DNA of 35,846 bases from the NCBI GenBank assembly GCA_021772705.1, contig JAJFLN010000729.1:1-35846 (forward strand), read 5' to 3'. A program made the position numbers and the translations under genes. Origin of the DNA: Candidatus Cloacimonadota bacterium. GTDB taxonomy: Bacteria; Muiribacteriota; UBA6191; JACPRK01. Of this stretch, positions 17,445 through 26,849 are shown piece after piece (the first letter of the stretch is position 1; each line of letters opens with the position of its first letter). The notes under the pieces are model-generated. The model was not told where the DNA came from. It saw only the letters and a list, made by a program, of their open reading frames with translations, and searched no databases.

Positions 17445-19358
17445 ATGGACAGAGACTCCAGTGCGAGAACCGGTGGCGGCGTGATAGTGGGAGTGCTGGC
17501 GGCCTGGACCCTCTTCGAGTTGCTGAGCGGAGGCAAGATCTGGCATGGGTTCAGCACCGGAGGCCTCGATCAACACGTACTCCTGGGCCACGTGATCTTC
17601 GGGTTCCTGGTCATGCTGCCCGCAGTGCTGGCCGCCGGCCGGGCGGCAACAGCCGGGAGGCGTCAACACGGCAGGCTGGTGGAAGGCCTCCTTGGGCTGG
17701 CCGTGCTCAGTGCCGGTGCATCTGGCTGCTGGCTTTTCGTCAAGGGCTCCTCCGTGATGCCGACTCTGGGGCGGGACTCTCACCTGGTGACGGGGATAGG
17801 CTGCGTGCTGCTGCTGACGCTGGTCGCCATCGGCCCTCGTGGCCAGAACCTCCGCTTGGCCGGGGCCCGGTCGGGCCTCGCCTGGATCGTGCCTGTGGTG
17901 GCACTGGCGGTCCCCTTCGGAACCGTCGGCGTCACCCTCTCGGTCTGGCCCGAGGAGTCCATGGAGATTCCGTTCCCTGAGAAGTACTTTCGCCCAAGCG
18001 GACCCTTCCTTCCGGCCCGTACTCTGACCTCTCATGGTGGAGCCGTGAAGATCGAGGCGCTGGCAAACTCGCACCGCTGCGGCAAGTGCCACACCGGCAT
18101 TTACGAGCAATGGAAGTCCAGCCTTCACCGCCAGTCCACTGTCTCCAAGTGGTATCAGGCCGGGCTCAAGGCGCGTATGGAGACTGCCATGGCCAGCGGC
18201 CCCGCGGGCGCCCGGTTCTGTGGCGCTTGCCACGAACCGATCGTGACTCTGTCGGGAAACATGGACAAACGTGGTCTCGGCCCGCAGTACCCGCCGAACC
18301 TGGACCAGGGCATCAGCTGCACCCACTGTCACCGGATGACAGGGATTCGTGACACCTACGGCAATGGCAGCTACATCTACTCCGCTCACCGGCCCTACCT
18401 CTTCGAGAACTCCGACAGCCCGCTGCTCGCTTCCCTGGGACGGGGGCTCCTTCGCTCCAAGCCCGATGTTCACGCTCGGGACCTGATGCAGCCCTTCTAC
18501 AGCACCTCGGAGTCCTGTGCTACCTGTCATCAGATCTTCATGAAGACCATGTACGGAAAGCTGTTCGAGATTCAGAACGACTACAACTCCTGGAAAGCCA
18601 GCAGCTACAGCAAGGACGGCCCCAACAAGGCGATGAAGAACTGTCAGCATTGCCACATGCCTCTCGTCGAAGCGGAGGACCCGGCCTCGATCGGTGGCAA
18701 GGTCCACAGTCATCGCTTCGTCGGCGCCAACACGGCCGTTCCATTTCAGGAGAACAACCCGGACCAGCTGGCCCGAACCGAGGAGTTCCTCAAGCAGGCC
18801 TGCTACCTCAACGTCCAGGGACCCGAGAACATCGATGCCGGGGAGGAAGCTGAATTCCAGGTAGTGGTCACCAATGCAAACGTGGGACACTCCTTCCCGG
18901 GAGGAGCGACGGACATGGTGAATGCCTGGATCGAGGCCATCGCCACCGACGGTGACGGCAATCAGATCTTCGCCAGCGGCCTGGTAGATCCCGACACCCT
19001 TTACGTCGATCCCGAATCCCACCAGTATCGGACCTACCCTATCGATATCTACGGCAAGCACCTCTTCACGCGAGCCGTATGGAACATTCATGAAGTGACA
19101 GAGAGCCGCCTCATCCAGCCCAACGAGTCCGACGTCGCCCGGTTCCGTGTTCCCATAACTCCGGGGACAAAGGGGCCGATCGAGTTCCGGGCAAGGCTCC
19201 GGTTCCGCCGATCCAGCCAGCGGTTCACCGACGCCGTCTTCCCGAACACGAAGATGGTCTTGCCCATCACGGACATGGCCAGCGACTCCCTGCAGGTCTC
19301 CCTGGGCCCAGGAGACGAGCCGGGAGCCTCTTCAACAACCCAGGGCGACGCGAACTGA
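17445..19358 (+). CDS. Membrane-anchored pentaheme c-type cytochrome (c554-like) with C-terminal beta-rich domain
   Basis: AGGAGG RBS shortly upstream, several N-terminal TM helices, five CxxCH motifs (CGKCH, CGACH, CTHCH, CATCH, CQHCH), HSHRFVG, GHSFPGG. Confidence 0.9.
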   Translation: MDRDSSARTGGGVIVGVLAAWTLFELLSGGKIWHGFSTGGLDQHVLLGHVIFGFLVMLPAVLAAGRAATAGRRQHGRLVEGLLGLAVLSAGASGCWLFVKGSSVMPTLGRDSHLVTGIGCVLLLTLVAIGPRGQNLRLAGARSGLAWIVPVVALAVPFGTVGVTLSVWPEESMEIPFPEKYFRPSGPFLPARTLTSHGGAVKIEALANSHRCGKCHTGIYEQWKSSLHRQSTVSKWYQAGLKARMETAMASGPAGARFCGACHEPIVTLSGNMDKRGLGPQYPPNLDQGISCTHCHRMTGIRDTYGNGSYIYSAHRPYLFENSDSPLLASLGRGLLRSKPDVHARDLMQPFYSTSESCATCHQIFMKTMYGKLFEIQNDYNSWKASSYSKDGPNKAMKNCQHCHMPLVEAEDPASIGGKVHSHRFVGANTAVPFQENNPDQLARTEEFLKQACYLNVQGPENIDAGEEAEFQVVVTNANVGHSFPGGATDMVNAWIEAIATDGDGNQIFASGLVDPDTLYVDPESHQYRTYPIDIYGKHLFTRAVWNIHEVTESRLIQPNESDVARFRVPITPGTKGPIEFRARLRFRRSSQRFTDAVFPNTKMVLPITDMASDSLQVSLGPGDEPGASSTTQGDAN

Positions 19359-19459
19359 GGCGTCATCTGGCCCCGGTGAGGCCAGATCCACTAGGGCTTC
19401 GGTCCTGACGGCACAGTCGTCTTGCGGAAGACCTCGGATCAGCCGGCCCTACGGCCGGG

Positions 19460-20521
19460 TCAGGGCGTGATGGCTGCGATGCGGTTGATCCTGTCGACGA
19501 GAGCGGCGAACTCTTCCATGTTCAGACTCTGATCTCCGTCACACCAGGCGTGGGTGGGATCGAAGTGCACCTCCACCAGCAGACCGTCGGCACCGGAGGC
19601 GATGGCGGCCGCCGCCAGTGGGAGGACGTACTTCCGGAGCCCGGCTGGATGGCTCGGATCGGCGATGACCGGCAGGCCGGACCGATCCTTGAGAATCGGG
19701 ATGGCACCCACGTCGAGGGTGAATCGAGTCGACTGTTCGAAGGTCCGGATGCCTCGTTCGCAGAGGATCAGCCCGGGTGACTCGTGCCCCGCCGCCAGGC
19801 GGCCCAGCTGGATGTATTCCGCTGCCTCGAGGAACTCGTCGACCGTGGCGCCGAATCCTCGCTTCAACAGAACCGGCTTGCCCGCATCATGCCGCCCCGC
19901 CTTGTACAGGAGCGGGAAGTTGAACATGTTTCGGGAGCCGATCTGAACCACGTCGGCATGACTGGCCACCAGATCCAGTTCGGTGGTGTCCAGCACCTCC
20001 GTGACCACCGGAAGTCCCGTCAGATCCCTGGCTGCCGTGAGAGCGCGGAGACCCGCCTCGCCCAGCCCTCCGAAGGAGTAGGGTGAAGTCCTGGGCTTGA
20101 AGGCTCCACCTCGCAAGGCCAGGGCGCCGGCGTCCTTCACGGTCGCGGCGATCCGACAGACCTGTTCCACACTCTCCACGCTGCAGGGACCGGCGATTAC
20201 CACGGGCTGTCCACCGCCTATCCGTGCGCCGTTGGGGAGCGTCACGGTCCTGTCAGCATCCGGGTTGACGCAGTCGATGAGGTACTGGCCCGGCGGCAGC
20301 TGCACGATCTTCCGTACTCCCTCTCGCGCCGAGAGTTGCCGCAGGAGAGCCGGGTCGGGCGTGGACTCAGTCCTGCAAGTGACGACGCCGGACTGGTGTA
20401 CACGAACTCTCCGATCCCCTTCGAGAGACAGCCCCAGGGCTCCCAGAAGCTGCTCCAGGGACCGGGGGGCAGCGGACTCATCGAACAGGACGACCAGGCG
20501 GGTCACTCCATTGGGAATCAT
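19460..20521 (-). CDS. aroF: 3-deoxy-7-phosphoheptulonate (DAHP) synthase, class I-beta
   Basis: IAGPCSVES, GGAFKPRTSPYSF, QIGSRNM, LLKRG, LCERGIRTFE, DPSH, VEVH, CDG. Start ATG 20521 with a GAGG RBS. Confidence 0.92.
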   Translation of the reverse strand: MIPNGVTRLVVLFDESAAPRSLEQLLGALGLSLEGDRRVRVHQSGVVTCRTESTPDPALLRQLSAREGVRKIVQLPPGQYLIDCVNPDADRTVTLPNGARIGGGQPVVIAGPCSVESVEQVCRIAATVKDAGALALRGGAFKPRTSPYSFGGLGEAGLRALTAARDLTGLPVVTEVLDTTELDLVASHADVVQIGSRNMFNFPLLYKAGRHDAGKPVLLKRGFGATVDEFLEAAEYIQLGRLAAGHESPGLILCERGIRTFEQSTRFTLDVGAIPILKDRSGLPVIADPSHPAGLRKYVLPLAAAAIASGADGLLVEVHFDPTHAWCDGDQSLNMEEFAALVDRINRIAAITP

Positions 20522-20580
20522 ACGGGTTTCCTCATTTCCTAAGTGCAATGCCGGTGAGATAATATGGATTTTGTTGTAGT

Positions 20581-20630
20581 GGGGCTCAGCCCCACACCCC
20601 GTTGGGGGAGCCACCTCCCCCAAACCCCCA
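20581..20630. repeat. Double-hairpin GC-rich palindromic element
   Basis: GGGGCT-C-AGCCCC and TTGGGGGAG-CCAC-CTCCCCCAA followed by ACCCCC. Confidence 0.55.
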
Positions 20631-20788
20631 ATTGGTCTGGTGGGACTGAGAGTGCTGATGAACACTTGAATGACATACGAAAGCTTGACCTGTTCATCCG
20701 GGTCCAGGGGCCAATGGCCCCTGGCGGGAGTTCGAGGGCAGTGCCCTCGTTTTCAAACATTTCCTCCACTAATTCATGGGTATTGGGC

Positions 20789-21637
20789 CTAGCCTCTCGC
20801 GCCGCGGACGTAGGCTGCGGTCAGTTCGCACTTTGGTGATTCGAAGAAGTCCCGGCAGCGGGAGTGTTCCGCCAGATGGCCGGCGCCATCCTTCACCCAG
20901 AAAAGGGCCACGTGGTCCGCGATGCGGCGTGCTTGAGCCAGGTTGTGAGTCACGATGACCAGCGTGTAAGTCTCGCGTAAACGATGAATCAGGTCTTCCA
21001 CTACGCCGCTGGATATGGGGTCCAGGGCGCTGCAGGGTTCGTCCAGAAGGAGTACCTCGGGTCTCAGGACCAGGGCCCTGGCGATGCAGAGACGCTGCTG
21101 CTGCCCCCCGGACAACCGCAGAGCTGGCGTGTCCAGACGCGCGTGCACCTCATCCCAGAGTCCCACGGCTCGCAGGACCTCTTCCATGCGTGACTGAACT
21201 TCATGACGGTCAGAAACAGCGTGCTCCCTCAGGGGGAGCTCCAGGTTCCGCCGAATTGTCAGAGGAAAAGGATTCGGTTTCTGGAAGATCATCCCCACTC
21301 GTCGCCGCAGGGACGTGAGGTCGATCTCTGTCCCGACAAGTTCCTCTCCCACCAAGGTGGCGCTGCCGGTGACGTGGCAATCGGTAAACAGATCGGTCAA
21401 CCGGTTCAGACAGGCGAGGAAGCTGGATTTGCCGCAGCCTGAAGGCCCCACAATGGCGGTGATCTCTCCCTGCCGAATAGGGAGCGTGATGTCTCGGAAC
21501 GCCACATGTGGGCCGTATCGTAGCGTGAGTTTCCTGGTCTCGACATGAATCCGGGGCAGGATTCGCGGCGGCCGCCGGCGCTCGGCATTCGACTGCAGCG
21601 CAAGAGTCTCGGGCATTCTTTGCTTTGCGTTTCTCAT
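20789..21637 (-). CDS. pstB: Phosphate ABC transporter ATP-binding protein
   Basis: GPSGCGKS, LRRRVGMIFQKPNPFP, LSGGQQQRLCIARAL, LLLDEPCSALDP, VTHN. ATGA overlap with the pstA stop. Confidence 0.92.
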   Translation of the reverse strand: MRNAKQRMPETLALQSNAERRRPPRILPRIHVETRKLTLRYGPHVAFRDITLPIRQGEITAIVGPSGCGKSSFLACLNRLTDLFTDCHVTGSATLVGEELVGTEIDLTSLRRRVGMIFQKPNPFPLTIRRNLELPLREHAVSDRHEVQSRMEEVLRAVGLWDEVHARLDTPALRLSGGQQQRLCIARALVLRPEVLLLDEPCSALDPISSGVVEDLIHRLRETYTLVIVTHNLAQARRIADHVALFWVKDGAGHLAEHSRCRDFFESPKCELTAAYVRGARG

Positions 21638-22476
21638 GTCCGTATCCGCCTCCGTAGCCAGACATTGGCCATGAGAGAGGCCGTGAGGTTGATGCCAATG
21701 AGAAGCGCCACGAGTACGAGGGCTGATGCGTGGGAGTTGCCGTCCCCGCCAGGGACGTTCATCGACAGGTCGTAGATGTGCACCGAGAGAGTTCTGCCGG
21801 AGTCGAAGATGCTGGTGGGCCATCGGCTCACGTAGCCACTGGTGAAGAGCAGAGCTGCCGTTTCGGCCAGAGCGCGACCGATGCCGAGCACGAGTCCCAC
21901 CAGCAACCCTGGAGTGGCGGCCGGCAGCAGCAGGTGCACCAGGGTTGAAGTACGGGACATTCCGAGGGCCGCAGCCGCGTGGCGGTACTCAACCGGAACC
22001 GATCGCAGCCCCTCCTCTGTAGAGCGAATCACGAGTGGCAGTGCCATGCAGGCCAGGGTCAGTCCGCCGGAGGCGATCGAGAACCCCATTCCGAGAGCCC
22101 GGCAGAAGAGGGCATTGCCAAAGAGGCCGAACACGATGGAGGGAATACCGGCCAGGACGTCCAGGCTCGCACGGATCAGCCGCGTCGCTCTCCGGCCCTC
22201 GGAGCCATACTCGGATAGAGCCACTGCGGCGCCCACGCCTATGGGAACGGCCACGGTCATGCAAACGCCGAGGATCAGGACCGTCGAGACAAGGATGGGA
22301 GCGATCCCTCCCTGGCGCCCAGCGTCGATAGGGGAGCCCAAGAGGAAATTCAGGTCCACTCGCCGGAACCCATGTCCCATTACGTCGAATAGTATCCAGC
22401 CAGCAATAGCGAGCACCATGAAGGCGGAGCACCAGCAAGCCAGCTCCAGGAGGCGATCCGTTCGAGACTCACGCAT
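21634..22476 (-). CDS. pstA: Phosphate ABC transporter permease PstA
   Basis: GGIAP, LAGIPSIVFGLFG, IGRALAETAALLFT, RTLSVHIY. Confidence 0.9.
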   Translation of the reverse strand: MRESRTDRLLELACWCSAFMVLAIAGWILFDVMGHGFRRVDLNFLLGSPIDAGRQGGIAPILVSTVLILGVCMTVAVPIGVGAAVALSEYGSEGRRATRLIRASLDVLAGIPSIVFGLFGNALFCRALGMGFSIASGGLTLACMALPLVIRSTEEGLRSVPVEYRHAAAALGMSRTSTLVHLLLPAATPGLLVGLVLGIGRALAETAALLFTSGYVSRWPTSIFDSGRTLSVHIYDLSMNVPGGDGNSHASALVLVALLIGINLTASLMANVWLRRRIRT

Positions 22477-23326
22477 CGATTCCCTCCGGAGAGAGGACTT
22501 CGGCCAAGGCGACAAGCCCTGTTACGATCAAGGCCAGCAGCAGTCCCGTCGCGAAGAGCGACGAACGGTGAAGGTCCATGGCATAGGCCATCTCCAGGGC
22601 TATGTTGGCCGTGAGGGTCCTCACGGGGTCGAGGAGGCTTTCGGGAGTGCGTACCACGTTGCCGCAGACCATCAGGGCGGCCATGGTCTCGCCCAGGGCT
22701 CGTGCCGTGGCCAGCAGGACCGCCGTGAAGATCCCGGAGCTGGCCGCCGGAAGGATGACCCCCCGCAAGGCTCCCCAGCGCGTCATCCCCAGCGCGGCTG
22801 CCCCCCTCGAGTAATCGGCGGGGACGCTCTCCAGGGCGGCGTCCACCAGCAGGGCGATGGTCGGCAGAACCATGATTGCCACCACCAAGATCCCCGCGAG
22901 TACGCTCGCTCCGGGTGGACGAATGCGGGCGATGAGCGGCACGAGTACGACCAGCCCCCAGAAGCCATAGACGACGGAGGGGAGCCCCGCCAGGAGTTCC
23001 AGAATCCGCCGAAGGAGCTTGCCCAGCGGGCGGGGAGCGTAGCAGCGGCAGAACAGCGCCGACAGGAGGCCGATCGGTGTCGCCAACAGGAGCGCCCCAG
23101 CCGTGACGGTGAGAGTGCCTGCAATCATGGGCCAGAGGCCAAACTGCCCGCTCGTCGGTCGCCACGCACTGTCGGTCAGCAGGCGGCCCGCACCCGTCGT
23201 TCGCAGGAGAGGAAGCGACTCATGCACGAGATACAGGATGACGAGCAAGAGCAGCGTGCCGGCCAGGATCGCGCAGCCCTTCACGAGGACACCCAGCAGT
23301 TGATCCGTCTTTCGATTTCGGTTCAC
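22469..23326 (-). CDS. pstC: Phosphate ABC transporter permease PstC
   Basis: WRP...FGLWPMIAGT, ELLAGLPSVVYGFWG, RALGETMA. Confidence 0.9.
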   Translation of the reverse strand: MNRNRKTDQLLGVLVKGCAILAGTLLLLVILYLVHESLPLLRTTGAGRLLTDSAWRPTSGQFGLWPMIAGTLTVTAGALLLATPIGLLSALFCRCYAPRPLGKLLRRILELLAGLPSVVYGFWGLVVLVPLIARIRPPGASVLAGILVVAIMVLPTIALLVDAALESVPADYSRGAAALGMTRWGALRGVILPAASSGIFTAVLLATARALGETMAALMVCGNVVRTPESLLDPVRTLTANIALEMAYAMDLHRSSLFATGLLLALIVTGLVALAEVLSPEGIDA

Positions 23327-23328
23327 TC

Positions 23329-24183
23329 TCAGGGCCGTATCGGCACGAAGGCCAGTCCCGCCACCAGGTCGGCCACCTCGGCAGAGCGGGCGAAGTCGAT
23401 GAAGCTCTTCGCCAGTCCTTCCGGGGGAAGGCTACTGACGAGGTTCAACCGGCGCGACAGAGGGAAACGGCCCTGTTGCAGACTCGATACGGAGGCCTCC
23501 ACTCCCCCCATCGGCAGCAACCTGATGGAGACACCTCGAGCGGCATCGGTCTCCGCCGTTCCGATGGAGACATAGCCCAGGGCTCCTGGAAGTCCGGCCA
23601 CCGTCTTGACGCCTTGCTCGTTGTCGCCAATAACGACGTCAGCTCGTATCTCGGAGTTCTCCAGGCCAAAGTGGGAGAGGAACAACTCCAACGTGGACCG
23701 GCCCTCGGCTTTGTTGACCACGGTGATCGTCCGATCCTCTCCGCCGACGTGGGACCAGTTTCTGATCTGCCCCCGATAGATCGCGACGACTTGCTCGTCC
23801 GAGAGCTCCGTCACGGGATTGGCCCGATTCACGATGAGAGCGATTCCATCCCCGGCGATGGTGAAGGCCAGCAAGTCGGACTCCGAGGTCTTCAGGTCGC
23901 GGGACACCATCCCGATGTCGGCAACTCCGCTGCGTGCGTCGGCGATGCCTCGTGCCGACCCTCCTGTCTGAACGTCGATGCGGACTCCGGGATGCTGATC
24001 TTCGTAACGGCGAGCGATCTCCGTCGCGAGAGGAGCAACCGTGCTCGAGCCAGTCAATGTCAGCCTGTTCGCGGACTGTGATGTGACCCGAGACTGGCCG
24101 CAACTTGCCACCAGCAGAGACAGCAGGCCCAGGGCCAGGAGGAGCCCATGTCGCGGATTCGTCTGTGCGATGTTCTCGTTCAT
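23329..24183 (-). CDS. pstS: Phosphate ABC transporter substrate-binding lipoprotein (PstS-like)
   Basis: Lipobox LVASC, GSSTVAP, GGSARG, GMVSR, DGIALIVN, GALGYVS, FPLSRRL. Confidence 0.85.
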   Translation of the reverse strand: MNENIAQTNPRHGLLLALGLLSLLVASCGQSRVTSQSANRLTLTGSSTVAPLATEIARRYEDQHPGVRIDVQTGGSARGIADARSGVADIGMVSRDLKTSESDLLAFTIAGDGIALIVNRANPVTELSDEQVVAIYRGQIRNWSHVGGEDRTITVVNKAEGRSTLELFLSHFGLENSEIRADVVIGDNEQGVKTVAGLPGALGYVSIGTAETDAARGVSIRLLPMGGVEASVSSLQQGRFPLSRRLNLVSSLPPEGLAKSFIDFARSAEVADLVAGLAFVPIRP

Positions 24184-24243
24184 GATGGCGAGTTTCCTTT
24201 CCTGGCATCAGGTCTCTCGAGGAGAGGTCGAGATGGATGCAAC

Positions 24244-25653
24244 TCAGAAATCGGTCTGCATCCTCAGCGAAATCAGCTCGGCGTCTCCTGGAAGATGGCC
24301 CGGTTTGGTGAGCACGTAGTTCAACATGAAGCGCGTCTGAGCATTGAGATGCCAGTTGACACCCAGTGTCTGGCTGGCGAGAGTCCCGCCCGGAATTCCC
24401 GGCGCTTCCAGGTCCAGAAAGGAGCGGCGATAGGCGATCTCCCAGGCGCCACCGCCTTCCTCCGAGAAGGCCTCCGATCGAGGCCGCACCCTCTTGAACA
24501 CACCGAGGGCTGCATCGTAGGGGCGGTGTTCTCCCGTCAGCCAGTATGAGACCTGTCCGTAGTATCCACCGAAGCTCGCCTCGCTCCCTCCCGGCCGGTC
24601 AACTCGCGCCGTAATGTATTCGCCCTGGAGGCTGATGGGGCCGAGAACGCGGGCGATCTCGAAGGAGGACAGATTGGCCCGATCGGCCGTAAAGCTGCCC
24701 GTGTCCGCAAAGATCGGCGCCAGATGGTTTTCCGGGCGTTGCTCGAAACGAAGTGTGCCCGGGAGATCGACTCGACTGTGGGACAACCCGAGGTGCAGGA
24801 GGTCCCGGCCACCGTCTTCGTTCACCGGCGCAACATGCAGCCGTGCCGTGAAGTGTGTCCGGCCGGAGCCTCGACTCGAACCATCACCGGCGACCTCCCG
24901 GAACAGGCCCGCTGCCAGCCCTCCTTTCATGCGTGAACCGAAGGTCCTGTAGGCGGCCACTCCCAGGTTGCGTCCCGGGGTGAAGACATCCGGTAAGGAT
25001 CGTTCAATGAACGTGCTGTACTTCGTACTGGCGAGTTGCTCCAGCCCGAAGGGCTCCTTCACGCGGCCGACGATCAGTTCATCCCACGCACTCCCCCCGG
25101 CGGCAAGGTCGAGGCGAAGGAAGGCGTCTTTCAGACGCACCTTGTTACCGGCGAAGTCGTACTGCACCCTGAACCGCAGGTGGTCCCCAGCCGGGCCCTC
25201 GGCGAACAGACGAGCCCGCCTCACCTCTGTGGCGGTCTCCAGGTTCTTGCCCAGGACGGTCTCCAGAGCCGAGTCACCATCCATCAACGACGCATCGATC
25301 ATCAATCGGCCGCCGACGCGCACCTTCGGTTTTCTGGCCTTGGACGGGGCCGGAACCTCGGAGACAGGTTCGACGGGCCCTGCGTCGCGGATTCGGGCCT
25401 TCAGAGCAGTGACCTCTTCTTCGAGCCGAGGTATCTGTCCAACCTCGGATCGCAACAAGGCGATCTCGCGCTTCATCCGCGCGATCTCGTCACCGATCGA
25501 CTCAGGGCTGGAGTTGGAAACGCCATCAACGGCTTGAAGCGAGCAGGGGAGGAGGATCAGACCCACAAAGAGCTTCGTCAAGACACCTCGCCACCAGGTC
25601 CGTTGTGGAGTGCCGCGGCCGGCATCAACTAATGTGCCGGGGAGTCGCGGCAT
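24244..25653 (-). CDS. Phosphate-selective outer-membrane porin (OprO/OprP family)
   Basis: N-terminal coiled coil, GGRLMID, VRRARL, KEPFGLEQL, FIERS, LTGEHRPY, GVNWHLN, terminal Phe. Start uncertain (ORF open from 25713). Confidence 0.88.
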   Translation of the reverse strand: MPRLPGTLVDAGRGTPQRTWWRGVLTKLFVGLILLPCSLQAVDGVSNSSPESIGDEIARMKREIALLRSEVGQIPRLEEEVTALKARIRDAGPVEPVSEVPAPSKARKPKVRVGGRLMIDASLMDGDSALETVLGKNLETATEVRRARLFAEGPAGDHLRFRVQYDFAGNKVRLKDAFLRLDLAAGGSAWDELIVGRVKEPFGLEQLASTKYSTFIERSLPDVFTPGRNLGVAAYRTFGSRMKGGLAAGLFREVAGDGSSRGSGRTHFTARLHVAPVNEDGGRDLLHLGLSHSRVDLPGTLRFEQRPENHLAPIFADTGSFTADRANLSSFEIARVLGPISLQGEYITARVDRPGGSEASFGGYYGQVSYWLTGEHRPYDAALGVFKRVRPRSEAFSEEGGGAWEIAYRRSFLDLEAPGIPGGTLASQTLGVNWHLNAQTRFMLNYVLTKPGHLPGDAELISLRMQTDF

Positions 25654-25772
25654 CAAGCAGAAATCGTCCTCCCCACAGGGAGAACTCTGAATCATGGGAA
25701 TGAGAGCAGTCATCGGCTAGAATGGGTCATGAGAGCAGGGTTAAGGTCTGGAATTCCACAGCGGGAAAGGCG

Positions 25773-25826
25773 TTCAATCAAATGAACGTTCATATTAACG
25801 CCATTCAATATGAATGAACATTCAAG
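25773..25826. promoter_or_regulatory. ArsR/SmtB-type operator in the divergent promoter region
   Basis: AT-rich. TGAA-N6-TTCA box at 25811-25824, inverted TTCATATT (25789-25796)/AATATGAA (25807-25814), palindrome ATGAACGTTCAT at 25782-25793. Confidence 0.65.
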
Positions 25827-26145
25827 AAAAGACAAGGCCTCTCTTTCGGCTTCGGGGAAAAAGTCGGAGGATTGCGTGGCCCTTTTGCGTGTTCTCGCCG
25901 ACGAGAGCCGCCTTGCCATCGTCCGATTGCTCTTACAGGGACCGATGCATGTGGGTGGCATCGGTTCGACCCTGGACATCGAGCAGAGTCTCCTCTCTCA
26001 CCACCTGAAGGTCCTTCGGGAGTCGGGATTCGTGGCATCACAGCGTGATGGGAAGCGTGTACTCTACCGGCTCGTTCTCGACAAGAAGACATCGGCGGCA
26101 GTGGAGACTCTGGATCTAGGTTGCTGTCATATCGCCTTTGAGTGA
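25810..26145 (+). CDS. ArsR/SmtB family transcriptional repressor
   Basis: LADESRLAIVRLL, QSLLSHHLKVLRESGFV, RDGKRVLY, C-terminal LGCC. Confidence 0.92.
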   Translation: MNEHSRKDKASLSASGKKSEDCVALLRVLADESRLAIVRLLLQGPMHVGGIGSTLDIEQSLLSHHLKVLRESGFVASQRDGKRVLYRLVLDKKTSAAVETLDLGCCHIAFE

Positions 26146-26256
26146 AGTGGGTCTCGAGTTCGATGCAACACGGGTACTCCAGTTTGTAGAGTTGCCTTGT
26201 TCGCCCGTTCAGTCGGCGCCCTGTGGACCCCGTAAGTTCGACACGAGGGAGTCCAG

Positions 26257-26808
26257 TTGATCGCACCACCCGACACTGCTCTTTCTCTCATCCAGGCTTT
26301 CCCTTGCGCCTTGGCTTCCGATGTGGCGGAAGTGCTCTCACTACTCCCTGCCTCTGCTCAGGAGATGAGTCTCGATACGATCGGCCCCGTGTTCCTTGGC
26401 GGCAAGCCGATACAGATCCCCTACCGAATCTACCGGCCCCTCTTCGATGTCAGTCCCCCTCTCTCCCGGTGTCGATCGGCCATTCGTGCCTGCATCTACA
26501 CGAGACACCACGATGGCCGGATACGAGAGACCAGTGTGAAAGACCTGCTCGATTGTGAGGAGTCCTGGGTCTGCCCGTATGTGCTTCAGCTGAGTGGCGA
26601 GTATGTCCTGGAGATCGTCGAACTTCTGGCGGGGCACCCGCACGTCTTCCAACGAAAGGAGTATCTGTCCTTTGCCCGGGAGAACCCTCGCTTCATGGCC
26701 CTGCTCCAGGCTCGAATGGTCAGCTACTGGGACTACTACAATCGCGGCCGTTTCAGGGACGTCTCCCAGTACCCGGGCTTCCGGATCATCGAGGCGTTGC
26801 GGGGGTAG
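26257..26808 (+). CDS. Hypothetical protein
   Basis: Protein-like composition with IPYRIY, CIYTRHHDGRIRE, LSGEYVLEI and SYWDYY; GGAG upstream. Confidence 0.65.
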   Translation: MIAPPDTALSLIQAFPCALASDVAEVLSLLPASAQEMSLDTIGPVFLGGKPIQIPYRIYRPLFDVSPPLSRCRSAIRACIYTRHHDGRIRETSVKDLLDCEESWVCPYVLQLSGEYVLEIVELLAGHPHVFQRKEYLSFARENPRFMALLQARMVSYWDYYNRGRFRDVSQYPGFRIIEALRG

Positions 26809-26849
26809 TCGTCTCTACGGGAGCACTTCTGCGCCCACTTCAACCGCCG

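Noticed and set aside
17382-19091. 569-aa minus-strand ORF
   Set aside because: Antisense to the pentaheme cytochrome, with no recognisable domain.
21842-23575. 577-aa plus-strand ORF
   Set aside because: Antisense shadow of pstA/pstC/pstS with Ser/Arg/Pro-rich non-protein-like composition.
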